Source: an uncultured Acidobacteriota bacterium
Lineage (GTDB): Bacteria; Acidobacteriota; Thermoanaerobaculia; UBA5066; Gp7-AA6
Reading direction: 5' to 3'
Assembly (NCBI GenBank): GCA_963764715.1
Contig: CAVXTP010000008.1
Span: 32,432 to 96,431 of the forward strand
Length of the DNA: 64,000 bases
Part shown: piece by piece, positions 18,536-28,713 of the stretch
Numbering within the stretch: the first letter of the stretch is position 1
How the letters are laid out: the number at the start of each line of letters is the position of its first letter
Notes under the pieces: model-generated
Told to the model about the DNA's origin: nothing
What the model saw: the letters and a program-made list of their open reading frames with translations, nothing else
Database searches by the model: none
Made by a program: the position numbers and the translations under genes

Positions 18536-19090
18536 TTGAGCGAAGAGCTGATCAAGAAGGCCAAGATCCTCGACGCCGACCGCATTCGGCGAATGATCGA
18601 CCGCATGGCGCACGAGATCGTCGAGCGCCAGAAGGACCTCCAGCAGCTGGCCCTGATCGGCATCCGGACCCGGGGCGTCCCCCTCGCGACGCGGCTCGCC
18701 GCCCGCCTCTCGGACCTCGTCAAGCAGACGTTCCCGGTGGGCACGCTCGACATCACGCTCTACCGAGACGACCTTTCGACCGTCGCGCCCCAGCCGCTCC
18801 TGAAGAAGACCGAGATCGACTTCGACCTCAACGGCCGGACGGTCCTCCTCTGCGACGACGTCCTCTTCACCGGGCGGACGATCCGCGCCGCGCTCGACGG
18901 GGTGATCGATCTCGGGCGGCCGCGCGCGATCCGCCTCGCGGTCCTCATCGACCGCGGGCACCGCGAGTTCCCGATCGAGGCCAACTACGTCGGCAAGAGC
19001 GTCCCGACCGCCAACCGCGAGGTCATCCAGGTCCTCTTCCAGGAGACCGACGGCGCCGACGAGGTCTGGATTCTGGAGAGGCCCGCCTGA
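18536..19090 (+). CDS. pyrR: Bifunctional pyr regulator / uracil phosphoribosyltransferase
   Basis: [30 protein letters not shown] and DRGHRE.PI motifs. Confidence 0.95.
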   Translation: MSEELIKKAKILDADRIRRMIDRMAHEIVERQKDLQQLALIGIRTRGVPLATRLAARLSDLVKQTFPVGTLDITLYRDDLSTVAPQPLLKKTEIDFDLNGRTVLLCDDVLFTGRTIRAALDGVIDLGRPRAIRLAVLIDRGHREFPIEANYVGKSVPTANREVIQVLFQETDGADEVWILERPA

Positions 19091-19244
19091 CGATGCGAGC
19101 GTCTGGAGTAGGGGCGGCCCTTGCGGCCGCCCTCGAGAAGACGGGCGGGGACAAGCCGACCACCGAAGGCATGCCCCCGTCTGTAGGCAGCGCTGGCTCC
19201 GCCAGCGCTTACCCCCGCCCCGACGCGCCGGTGGAGAGGCCCGC

Positions 19245-19250
<6 letters not shown>
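19074..19250. repeat. 19-bp direct repeat flanking a REP-derived insert
   Basis: TGGAGAGGCCCGCCTGACG at 19074-19092 and 19232-19250, with a REP doublet at 19108-19224 between the copies. Confidence 0.85.
19093..19248 (+). CDS. Putative 51-aa REP-encoded mini-ORF between pyrR and pyrB
   Basis: [51 protein letters not shown]. It ends in the same ERPA* as PyrR. Translation unproven. Confidence 0.3.
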
Positions 19251-20188
<938 letters not shown>

Positions 20189-20192
<4 letters not shown>

Positions 20193-21481
20193 GCCGGCGG
20201 CTCCTGCGGGGCGGTCGGGTGGTCGACCCCGCGGCCGGGCGCGACGGGCGCTTCGACGTTCTCCTCGAGGACGGCGTCGTGGCGGAGGTCGCGGACCGGA
20301 TCGAGGCCCGCGACGCCCGGGTCTTCGACGTCTCGCGCCTCTACGTCTTTCCGGGCTTCATCGACCTCCACGCTCACCTGCGCGAGCCCGGGCGCGAGTA
20401 CGCCGAGACGATCGCGACCGGCCTCGCCGCCGCCGCGGCGGGCGGCTTCACCGCCGTGTGCGCGATGCCCAACACCAGCCCGGTCAACGACATCCGGGAG
20501 GTCTGCGAATTCATCCTCGGCCGGGGCGCCGCCGTGCGGGGCACGCGCCTTTATCCCATCGCCGCGATCACGAAGGGGCAGAAGGGCGAGGAGATGACGG
20601 CCTTCGGCGAGCTCGCCGCGGCCGGCGCCGTGGCCTTCTCGGACGACGGGGAGTGGCTCGCCGACGGCTCGCTCCTGCGCCACGCCTTCGAGCACGCCCG
20701 GCTCTTCGGCCGGCCGATCGTCCAGCACAGCGAGGACCCGGGCCTCTCCCAGGGCGCGCCGATGCACGAGGGAGCGGTCTCGACGCGCCTCGGGCTGTCG
20801 GGACAGCCCGCGATCGCGGAAGCCGCGGCGGTCGCGCGGGACCTGCTCGTCGCGGAGCGGACGGGCGGGCGCCTCCACGTTGCCCACCTCTCGACCGCGC
20901 GCGCGCTCGAGCTCGTGCGCCGGGCGAAGGCGGACGGCATCTCCGTGACCTGCGAGGTCACGCCCCATCACCTCGTGCTGACCGACGAGGAGGTGGCGTC
21001 GTCGGGGTTCTCGACCCGTACGAAGGTGAACCCGCCGCTGCGCGAGGCCTCGGACCTGACGGCGATCGTCGGCGGTGTCTTGGACGGAACGATCGACGCG
21101 ATCGCGACCGACCACGCGCCCCACCACGCCGACGAGAAGGCCGTCGACTTCGACTCGGCCCCGTTCGGCATCGTCGGCCTCGAGACGGCGGCCTCCGTGG
21201 TCCACGACCGGTTCGTGGCCCGCGGCCGGTTCGGCCTCGACCGCTTCGTGACGCTCTTCTCCACGGGCCCCGCGCGGGCGTTCGGCCTTCCGGGCGGCAC
21301 GCTCGCCCCGGGCGCTCCGGCGGACGTGACGCTCTTCGATCCGGAGGCCCGCTGGAAGGTCGACCCCCACAAATTCGTGTCCAAAGGACGAAGCACTCCG
21401 TTCGCCGGGTGGGAGCTCTCCGGCGCTCCCGCGGCCACGATCGTCGGGGGCGAGGTCGTCTGGCAGAGGGTCGAGCTCTAG
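20189..21481 (+). CDS. pyrC: Dihydroorotase
   Basis: [25 protein letters not shown] and ATDHAPH. GTG overlaps the pyrB stop. Confidence 0.95.
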
Positions 21482-21497
21482 CTCTTCCGCCCGCGCC

Positions 21498-23612
21498 GTG
21501 CGCCCCTTCCCCCGGTCCCTTCCGCTCGTCTTCCTCGCCCTGGCGGCCGCGGTCGCGCCCGCGCCGGCCGCCCCGGTGCGCCGTGTCGCGATCCGCGCGT
21601 CGGCGGACCTGCCGCCGGCCGGCCTCGACCGCCTCGCCGCCGCCGCGCGCGCCCGGGGCGTCGAGGTCGAGCTCGCGCGCGAGGGGTCGCCGGCGCCGGC
21701 GGGGTTCGACCTGCTCCGGCTTTCGACCCTTCCGCCCTCGGACGCGGTCCGCACCGCCGTCCTCGTCTTCCCGGTCGTCTTCGAGTCCGGGGCGTTCGTC
21801 TTCGACGGACGCGCCTATCGCCGGCCCGACGAAGCCGTCCGGCTGACCGCCTCGACGGGCGGCGAGATCATCGTGCTCGGAAACTCCGCCGCGGCCATTC
21901 TGTCGCTCGCCGGCCGCTGGCTCTCCGGGCCCTCCGCCTCGGACTACGAGGTCCTGTCCGGAGAGCTCACGCGCTCCGGGCGTTTCGAGCGGCGCGACGG
22001 GCGGCTCGTCGTCGATCCCGCCTCGGACCGCGACCGGATCGCGCAGCGCGACGCGTTCCTGGCGTCCCTGAAACACCGGACGCGCGGCACGGTCGTCTGG
22101 GAGTACCCCCCGGGCTCGGGGAACGCGGCTGCGGCGTGGGAAAAGACCGCGTCCCGATTTCTGCGCAAGGGCAAGCTCCTCGTCCGCGTGTACCCGGACA
22201 CCGTCACCAAGGCCGCGCTCACCGGCTCCGCTCGCGCGGCCGACCTCGGAAACGACGGCGACGGGCTGCGCGTCGACCTCGACGCGTCGGCGCCCGCCGA
22301 GCCCGACCAGGTGACGCCGGTTCTGGCGGCGGCGGGGCTCGCCGCGGCCGACTCTTCGCTTCTTTCCCGCCCGGCGCTCCTCGCGGCCGCCGGCGCCCGG
22401 CGCGCGGGCCGCTGGTGGGGACGGGAGGTCAAGACGTTCGCCGCGTTCACCCGCGGCGCGGGCGTCGATCCTTCGATCGAGGACATCCTGGCCTCGGCGG
22501 ACTCGCTGTCGCCGGTGCTCGACGTCGGGACGGCGGCCTCCTGGCTCGACGCCGGGGCGCGGCTCGAAAGCGAGGCGGACGTCGAGAAGTCGCTCGGCAA
22601 GCCGGACGCGGTGCTCGCGCCGCTGCTCGCGCGGTGGCGGGCCGGAGCGCTCCGCCAGACGGTGGCTCCGCCGCAGCGGCACCCGCTGCCGGCCGCGTTT
22701 CTCGGCGGCGTCGCCTACGACGCGCCGGACGAGGTCGAGGACTCCCTGGTGTCGGCGCGCTCGCGGGAGGCGATCGGGCGGCTGGCGGCCGCGGGATTCA
22801 CGTCGATCGCGCTGCGGCCGGGCGCGCTGATGCGGGACCCCGAGACCGCCGAGATCCTGTTCGTCCGGCACGGGGCGCGCGGCGAGACGGACGAGGGCCT
22901 CCTGCGCGCCGTCGGGGACGCGCATGCCGCCGGGCTGACGGCGATGCTCGACCCGGAGCTTCTCGTCGGCGGGGGAGTCCCCGCCTCCCGGGTCGCCATG
23001 CCGGGGGAGTCGGCGTGGGCCGAGTGGTTCTTCGCGTACCGGCGCTTCCTCGTGCACGAGGCCGTCGTCGCGGAGGCGGCCGGAGCCGACGTCTTCGTCG
23101 TCGGGGAGGCGCTGACCGCGACCGAGGAGCAGAAGAACGAGTGGAAGCACGTGATCGCGGCGGCGCGCCTGGCGACGGGGGCGCCGCTTCTCTACGCGGT
23201 CGCGACGCCGGCCGGAGCGGCGGACGTCCCGTTCTGGGACGGTCTCGACGCGATCGGCGCATGGTTCCTCGAGCCGCTGGCGCGCACCGAGAAAGCGGCG
23301 GACGCGGCGCTCGCCGACGGCGCCCGGGCGGCCGCCCGCCCGCTCGCCGAAATCTCGAAGCGCCTCTCGCGGCCCGTCATCTTCACCCGCGCCGGTTATC
23401 CGCCCGTCCGCGCGGCGTGGGCGATGCCGTCCGAAGCCGGGCGCCCCGCCGCGCCCGAGGATGCGGCCCGCGCGACCGCCGCGGTCTTCCGGGCCCTCGG
23501 CGCCGAGGCCTGGTGGCGGGGCGTCTACTGGTCGGCGGCCGACGCCGGCGCTCCGGCCGTGGAACGGGCGATCGTCGACGGCGTCCGCTCCCGGGAGACG
23601 CCCGCGCCGTGA
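21498..23612 (+). CDS. Secreted protein with a C-terminal GH113-like TIM barrel, apparently degenerate
   Basis: Signal peptide. GETDEGL, W..WF..YRRF, FWDGLDAIG and PVIFTRAGY resemble GH113-like domains. Confidence 0.6.
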   Translation: MRPFPRSLPLVFLALAAAVAPAPAAPVRRVAIRASADLPPAGLDRLAAAARARGVEVELAREGSPAPAGFDLLRLSTLPPSDAVRTAVLVFPVVFESGAFVFDGRAYRRPDEAVRLTASTGGEIIVLGNSAAAILSLAGRWLSGPSASDYEVLSGELTRSGRFERRDGRLVVDPASDRDRIAQRDAFLASLKHRTRGTVVWEYPPGSGNAAAAWEKTASRFLRKGKLLVRVYPDTVTKAALTGSARAADLGNDGDGLRVDLDASAPAEPDQVTPVLAAAGLAAADSSLLSRPALLAAAGARRAGRWWGREVKTFAAFTRGAGVDPSIEDILASADSLSPVLDVGTAASWLDAGARLESEADVEKSLGKPDAVLAPLLARWRAGALRQTVAPPQRHPLPAAFLGGVAYDAPDEVEDSLVSARSREAIGRLAAAGFTSIALRPGALMRDPETAEILFVRHGARGETDEGLLRAVGDAHAAGLTAMLDPELLVGGGVPASRVAMPGESAWAEWFFAYRRFLVHEAVVAEAAGADVFVVGEALTATEEQKNEWKHVIAAARLATGAPLLYAVATPAGAADVPFWDGLDAIGAWFLEPLARTEKAADAALADGARAAARPLAEISKRLSRPVIFTRAGYPPVRAAWAMPSEAGRPAAPEDAARATAAVFRALGAEAWWRGVYWSAADAGAPAVERAIVDGVRSRETPAP

Positions 23613-24412
23613 GCGCGCTTCTCGACGCCGCCGTCGAAGCCGCGGTCGAAGGCGGCCGGGTCCTCCTCGCCAACTGGCGCAACCTCCCGCACGGCTCGGT
23701 CGAGGAGAAGCGGAAGAACGACTTCGTCACCCACGCCGATCGGGAGAGCGAGGAACGCATCATCGGCGTCATCCGCGGCCGGTTTCCCGGCGACGCCTTC
23801 CTCGGGGAGGAAGGCGGGGCGCGCGGAGGCGCGGGTGCCGGCGCGCGCGAGTGGATCATCGATCCCCTCGACGGCACGTCCAACTTCGTCTCGGGGTTTC
23901 CGTTCTGGTGCGTCTCGATCGCCGCGCGCGAGGGCGACGAGCTCGTGGCCGCGGTGGTCTGGGACCCCCTGCGCGACGAGATGTACACGGCCGAGCGCGG
24001 CGGCGGCGCCTGGCGCAACGGGACGCGCCTGGCGGTGACGGGACGAAGGGATCTCGACGGCGCCTTCGTCGCGACGGGCTTTCCGTTCCGCAACCGCCAC
24101 AAGATCGACTCGTATCTCGCGCTCTTCAAGGCGGTCTTCGTCCACGCCCGCGCGATCCGGCGGGCGGGCTCCGCGGCCCTCGACCTGGCCTACGTCGCGG
24201 CCGGCGTTTTCGACGGGTTCTTCGAGTTTCGCCTCGCGCCCTGGGACGTCGCGGCCGGCGCGCTCCTGATCGAGGAGGCGGGCGGCCTCCTGACCGACTT
24301 CGACGGCGGGAAGCGCTACCTCGAGCGGGGCAACGTCGTCGCCGGCCCGCCCGGCGTCGTCGACGGAATCCGGCGCGCCGCCGCCGGGATCGTCACCGAA
24401 GACACCATCTAG
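23609..24412 (+). CDS. suhB: Inositol monophosphatase family protein
   Basis: DFVT.AD, GEE, WIIDPLDGTSNF, RRAGSAALDL and PWDVAAG motifs. Confidence 0.9.
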   Translation: MSALLDAAVEAAVEGGRVLLANWRNLPHGSVEEKRKNDFVTHADRESEERIIGVIRGRFPGDAFLGEEGGARGGAGAGAREWIIDPLDGTSNFVSGFPFWCVSIAAREGDELVAAVVWDPLRDEMYTAERGGGAWRNGTRLAVTGRRDLDGAFVATGFPFRNRHKIDSYLALFKAVFVHARAIRRAGSAALDLAYVAAGVFDGFFEFRLAPWDVAAGALLIEEAGGLLTDFDGGKRYLERGNVVAGPPGVVDGIRRAAAGIVTEDTI

Positions 24413-25661
24413 ACTTCTCGACTTCGACCTCGGACGGCGCCCGGCCCGCCAGGGCCGCCGCGACGACGAGGTTCCCGGTCGTGTTGGCCGCGCTGCGGAA
24501 GGCGTTGGGGATCGGGTCGACGGCGAGCAGGAGCCCGACCGCGGCCGTCGGCAGGCCCGCGGCCGCCAGGACCGGCGCCGTCACGAGGATGGCGCCGTGG
24601 GGGACGCCGGGGACGCTGAAGCTGACCGCGAGCGCCAGGGCGGCGAGCGCGGCGAGCTGCGACGGCGGGATCGGCGTCGCCGTGAGGCGGGCCACGAAGA
24701 AGACCGCGACGAGGCAGTGGACCGGCGCCGAGACCTTCAGCGTCGAGACCGCGAGCGGCAGGACGAAGCGGGAGACGGGCCTCGGCACCGCGAGGACCCG
24801 TTCGGCGCCGTCGAGCATGGCGGGCAGGGACGCGAGCGAGGAGTGCGCCGCGAACGCCACGAGCTGGGCGGGCGCCGCGGCGCGCGCGAAGGCGGCGGGG
24901 GATACGCGCGCGAAGAGCCAGGGCGCCGCCGTCAGCAGCAGGATCTGCGCGAGGCAGAGCCCCGAGAGCACCAGGACGTAGAGCCCGAGGGCCCCGGTCG
25001 CGGCCAGGCCCACCCGCGCCGCCAGCGCCAGCGAGAGGACGAAGATCGCGATCGGCGCCAGCCGCACGATCCAGCCGAGGAGGACCGTCATGGCTTCCGA
25101 GATGCCGCGGAAGAACGCGAGGACCGTTTCCCGCGGCCCCTCGGCGATCCGGCTCACGGCGGCCGCGAACAGGATCGTGAAAAGGACGAGGGGGAGGAGG
25201 GCCCCGTCCGCCGCCGCCCGGAAGACGTTGGAGGGGAGGAGGCCCGTGATCCAGTCGGAAAACGTCAGCTTCGGAGGCGCCGTGCCCGCCGTCGACGCGA
25301 GGCTCTCGCGGAAGCGCGCTGCCGTTTCGCCGCCGAGGGGAAGGGCCGCCATCAGCGGCGGGACGACGAGGGCCGCGGCGAGCGCCGTCAGCGCGAGGAG
25401 AAGGAGAGAGAGCGCGACGGCCCGTCCGCCGAGGCTTCCGACGAGGCCCGTCCGGGACGCCGCGACGATCGCGACGACGAGCCCCGAAACGACGAGGGGC
25501 AGCACCGTCATCAGGATCGCGTTGACCCAGAGCGTGCCCACGGGCTCGAGCGCGGTGGCGAGCCGGGAGAGACGCGCGTCGCCGGCGAGGGAGGCGGCGG
25601 TGCCGAGGCCGAGACCGGCGGCGAGCGCGAGGAGGACCTGGAGCGTCAGCGAGCGCCGCAC
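24393..25661 (-). CDS. Dicarboxylate/amino acid:cation symporter (DAACS)
   Basis: LLPSNVFRAAADG, AF..HSSLASLP, FVLPL, SVPGVP and FRSAANTTG motifs. Confidence 0.85.
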   Translation of the reverse strand: MRRSLTLQVLLALAAGLGLGTAASLAGDARLSRLATALEPVGTLWVNAILMTVLPLVVSGLVVAIVAASRTGLVGSLGGRAVALSLLLLALTALAAALVVPPLMAALPLGGETAARFRESLASTAGTAPPKLTFSDWITGLLPSNVFRAAADGALLPLVLFTILFAAAVSRIAEGPRETVLAFFRGISEAMTVLLGWIVRLAPIAIFVLSLALAARVGLAATGALGLYVLVLSGLCLAQILLLTAAPWLFARVSPAAFARAAAPAQLVAFAAHSSLASLPAMLDGAERVLAVPRPVSRFVLPLAVSTLKVSAPVHCLVAVFFVARLTATPIPPSQLAALAALALAVSFSVPGVPHGAILVTAPVLAAAGLPTAAVGLLLAVDPIPNAFRSAANTTGNLVVAAALAGRAPSEVEVEKSRWCLR

Positions 25662-25670
25662 GGACGCGGC

Positions 25671-26783
25671 CTAGGCGCCGTTCAGGCGGCGGAGATACTC
25701 GCGATCGAACGCGGCGAGCAGGCTCTCCTCGCGCGAGTACGGCCCCGGCGCATAGGCCCGCGAGGACACGCCCCGCTGGGCGAGCTCGCACATGTGCCAG
25801 TCCTGGCGGTTCGTGAGGTCCCAGATCTCGACGCCGTCGGAGGGGTCGAAGCCGGGGGCGGCGGCCGCCTCGGGAGCGAACAGGAACTCGCAGACGACCG
25901 TCGTCCGGTCGATCGCGACCGGCGCGAGCCTCGTCGCCATCGCGAAGTCTGGCTGGATCGTCAGGAAGAGCGACGGGAAGACCGAGTAGTAGTAGACGCG
26001 CCGGCGCTCCTCGCCCGGCCGGTCGGCGATCGGAAGGGCGCAGGGCCGGCCGCTCATCGTCAGGCTGCCGCCCTCGGCGTTGATGAGCATGTAGCCGCCG
26101 AGGATCCCGCCGTCGCGGAGGTCGTTGGCGCCGCTCCGGTAGTGGGAGAGCTTCGCGAGCGCGGGATGGACCGGCGGGCAGTGATAGCACTCCGAGAAGT
26201 TCTGGAAGATGAGCTTCCAGTTGGCCCGGACGTCGTATTCGATCCGCCGGACGGTCGGGAGCGCCGACAGCCGAAAGGGCGTGAAGCGTCCGAGGAGGGG
26301 CCGGAGGGCCGCTTCGAGGGGCTCCGGGCGCTCGCCGAGGTGGACGAACACGAAGCCCTCCCACTCGCCGATCGGCGCCTCCCGGAGCGGATGCTCGCTC
26401 TTGTCGAACCACGGAACGTCGGCCATGTGCGGCGCGCCGAGGAGCGCGCCGTCGAGGCCGTAGGTCCAGGCGTGGTACGGGCACTGGATCCCGGCGGCGA
26501 ACCGCCCGCTCGCGGCCTCGCAGAGGCGCGTTCCGCGGTGGCGGCAGACGTTGAAGAAGGCGCGCAGCCGCTCGTCCCGGCCCCGCACGAGGATGAGGCT
26601 CTCCCCGGCGACCTCCCGCAGGGCGTAGTCGCCGGCCTGCGGCAGGGCGTCGGCACGTCCGGCGGCGATCCAGGTCCCCGAGAAGATGCGCTCCGCCTCC
26701 CGGGCGAAGACCTCGGTCGAGGTGTAGTAGCGCCCGTCGAGCGTCGTCGCCGGTTCCGCGAGGACGTGCCCCTGGAACTCCAC
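25671..26783 (-). CDS. Rieske non-heme iron oxygenase alpha subunit (choline monooxygenase/GbcA-like)
   Basis: CRHRG...CPYHAW Rieske motif, NWK...NFSECYHC..VH, and QD. GTG at 26783 chosen as start. Confidence 0.9.
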   Translation of the reverse strand: MEFQGHVLAEPATTLDGRYYTSTEVFAREAERIFSGTWIAAGRADALPQAGDYALREVAGESLILVRGRDERLRAFFNVCRHRGTRLCEAASGRFAAGIQCPYHAWTYGLDGALLGAPHMADVPWFDKSEHPLREAPIGEWEGFVFVHLGERPEPLEAALRPLLGRFTPFRLSALPTVRRIEYDVRANWKLIFQNFSECYHCPPVHPALAKLSHYRSGANDLRDGGILGGYMLINAEGGSLTMSGRPCALPIADRPGEERRRVYYYSVFPSLFLTIQPDFAMATRLAPVAIDRTTVVCEFLFAPEAAAAPGFDPSDGVEIWDLTNRQDWHMCELAQRGVSSRAYAPGPYSREESLLAAFDREYLRRLNGA

Positions 26784-26869
26784 GGGCGCAAGCCTAGCTC
26801 CGCGCCGGTCGCCCGGCAAGGTAGACTCCGGCGACACCCGGGCGCCTTCGACATCGACGAGGAGGGAAC

Positions 26870-28036
26870 ATGCGGCGACGTTTCACGCGGCGGGATTTCG
26901 TTCGGACGGGAGCGGCGGCGGGGCTCGCGGCGGCGGCCCCCCGCGCCACGTTCGGAAAGGCGCCGGCGGTCGTGCCCGGCTCGGCGGCGCAGCCCGTCGT
27001 CATCGCCTCGGCCAACGGCAACTGGTTCAAGAACGGCGGAACGCAGACCTGCGTCGAGAAGGCCTGGACGAGCATGACGGCGGGCACCGACGTGCTCGAT
27101 GCCCTCATCGAGGGGGTCAACATCGTCGAGCTCGACCCCGAGGACTACAGCGTCGGATACGGCGGGGTGCCGAACGCCGAAGGCGTGGTCCAGCTCGATT
27201 CCTCCTGCATGCACGGCCCGCTCAAGCGCGCCGGCGGCGTGGCGTCGCTCGAAGGCGTCCGGACGCCCTCGAAGGTGGCCCTCGAGGTGATGAACAAGAC
27301 CGACCACCATCTCCTCGTCGGCAAGGGGGCGCAGACGTTCGCGCGCAACCTCGGCTTCACGATCGAGGACGACCTCAACACCCCGCTCTCGCGCAAGCTC
27401 TGGCTGGAGTGGAAGCAGCGGACGGACCCGTCGCACTACCTGACGCCGAAGGAGCGCGAGATCGCCTCCGCCGAGGCGCGGCGCCAGATGGCCGCCGAGG
27501 GCCTCTTCCCGGCCTCGAAGATGTACGGAACCATCAACTGCGACGGCATCAACGCGAAGGGCGAGATCTGCGGCGTGACCACGACCTCGGGCCTCTTCTT
27601 CAAGATCCCGGGACGGGTGGGCGACTCGCCGATTCTCGGCGCCGGCCTCTGGGTCGACGGGCAGGTCGGCGCGGCGGGCTCGACGGGCCGCGGCGAGGCG
27701 AACCTCTACAACCTCTCCTCGTTCTTCATCGTCGAGTGCATGCGCCGCGGCATGCACCCGAAGGACGCCGGCATGGAGGCGTTGAAGCGCATCAAGGCGA
27801 ACACGGTCGAGAAACGGCTGCTGAACGCGAAGGGCAATCCCAACTTCAACATCAATTTCTACGCGCTCAACGCCAAGGGCGAGTTCGCCGGCGTCGCGAT
27901 GTATGCCCTCGAGGACGACGAGCGAGGCTGGGCGGGCGAGACGGGACGCCGGGTGCGCTACGCGGTGTGCGACGCGAAGGGCCCGCGAACGCTCCAGGTC
28001 GAAGGGCTCCTCCCGGGCACGCCGAACGGGAGTTAG
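26870..28036 (+). CDS. Tat-exported N4-(beta-N-acetylglucosaminyl)-L-asparaginase family Ntn hydrolase
   Basis: TRRDF Tat motif, SVGYGG.PN, GTI (nucleophile Thr), TTTSG, GRVGDSPI and TG.GE. Confidence 0.9.
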   Translation: MRRRFTRRDFVRTGAAAGLAAAAPRATFGKAPAVVPGSAAQPVVIASANGNWFKNGGTQTCVEKAWTSMTAGTDVLDALIEGVNIVELDPEDYSVGYGGVPNAEGVVQLDSSCMHGPLKRAGGVASLEGVRTPSKVALEVMNKTDHHLLVGKGAQTFARNLGFTIEDDLNTPLSRKLWLEWKQRTDPSHYLTPKEREIASAEARRQMAAEGLFPASKMYGTINCDGINAKGEICGVTTTSGLFFKIPGRVGDSPILGAGLWVDGQVGAAGSTGRGEANLYNLSSFFIVECMRRGMHPKDAGMEALKRIKANTVEKRLLNAKGNPNFNINFYALNAKGEFAGVAMYALEDDERGWAGETGRRVRYAVCDAKGPRTLQVEGLLPGTPNGS

Positions 28037-28046
28037 TGGCGGAAGA

Positions 28047-28128
28047 GGCCGGGGACAGCCGTCCACCGAAGGCAAGCCCGCGGCCGAAGGCAACGCCGGC
28101 GTCAGCCGGCGGTCACCCCCGCCCCTAC
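28047..28128. repeat. REP hairpin with expanded multi-hairpin loop, second copy
   Basis: GGCCGGGG...CCCCGCCC-CTAC enclosing an insert homologous to 19151-19212. Confidence 0.75.
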
Positions 28129-28670
28129 GACGGCAGGTACTCCTTCGGAATCGGGTTGTCCTTCGTCTCGTCCGTCCAGATCGCGTTGGCGATCCACCAC
28201 CGCTTTCCGTCCCAGAAGAGCTCGATCGAGTTGATGCCGCGCTGGATCACCGGGCCGGTCTCCGTCCGCCGCGACTCGTACGTGCTCCAGACGTGGGCGA
28301 TCGGGCCGAAGCGCTCGGTGACGCGGTGGATCTCCTTCTCGTAGAAGCCCTCCTTCTCCAGGCCGGTCGAGGCCTCGACGAACTGCTGGTGCGTCGAGAT
28401 CCGGGGCTCGAGCTTCCCGTCCTTTCCGACGTCGACCGGGACGAAGCGGATGTCGGAGATGTAGAGGGTGCGGTCCCGCGCCCAGTCGCGCGGCTGGCCC
28501 TTCGGCCCCGAGACGACCTCGTAGTAGGCGTTGACCATCCCGTCGATCGTCGCGACATCGGCCGGCCGCGGTGCGATGGTGGCAACCTCGACCTTCGGCC
28601 TCGCCTGGGCGGCGCCGACCGCCGCGACGAGCGAAACGCACACCAGGGTCACCCATGACTTGAGCTTCAT
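28125..28670 (-). CDS. Exported hypothetical protein, possibly NTF2/SnoaL-like
   Basis: Signal peptide, YYEVVSGP...RDW, F.E.EI, FGPIAHVWSTYE, RGINSI.L and RWWI. Confidence 0.75.
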   Translation of the reverse strand: MKLKSWVTLVCVSLVAAVGAAQARPKVEVATIAPRPADVATIDGMVNAYYEVVSGPKGQPRDWARDRTLYISDIRFVPVDVGKDGKLEPRISTHQQFVEASTGLEKEGFYEKEIHRVTERFGPIAHVWSTYESRRTETGPVIQRGINSIELFWDGKRWWIANAIWTDETKDNPIPKEYLPS

Positions 28671-28679
28671 GTATCTCCC

Positions 28680-28713
28680 GCTTACTGCTTACTGCTTACT
28701 GCTTACTGCTTAC
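28680..28713. repeat. Heptamer tandem repeat (GCTTACT)x4 plus GCTTAC
   Basis: Directly visible. It supplies the last codons and stop of the AmmeMemo gene. Confidence 0.95.

Noticed and set aside
19070-19083. Possible PyrR-binding loop (ATTCTGGAGAGGCC versus ARUCCNGNGAGGYU)
   Set aside because: Partial match only, inside pyrR coding sequence, and I could not identify a terminator/antiterminator pair with a U tract.
19143-19224. tRNA gene, suggested by the cloverleaf-like size
   Set aside because: No GTTC T-loop, D-loop or 7-nt anticodon loop, and no CCA end. Reported as a structured repeat instead.
28680-28713. CRISPR array
   Set aside because: 7-bp units without spacers, and no cas genes in the window.
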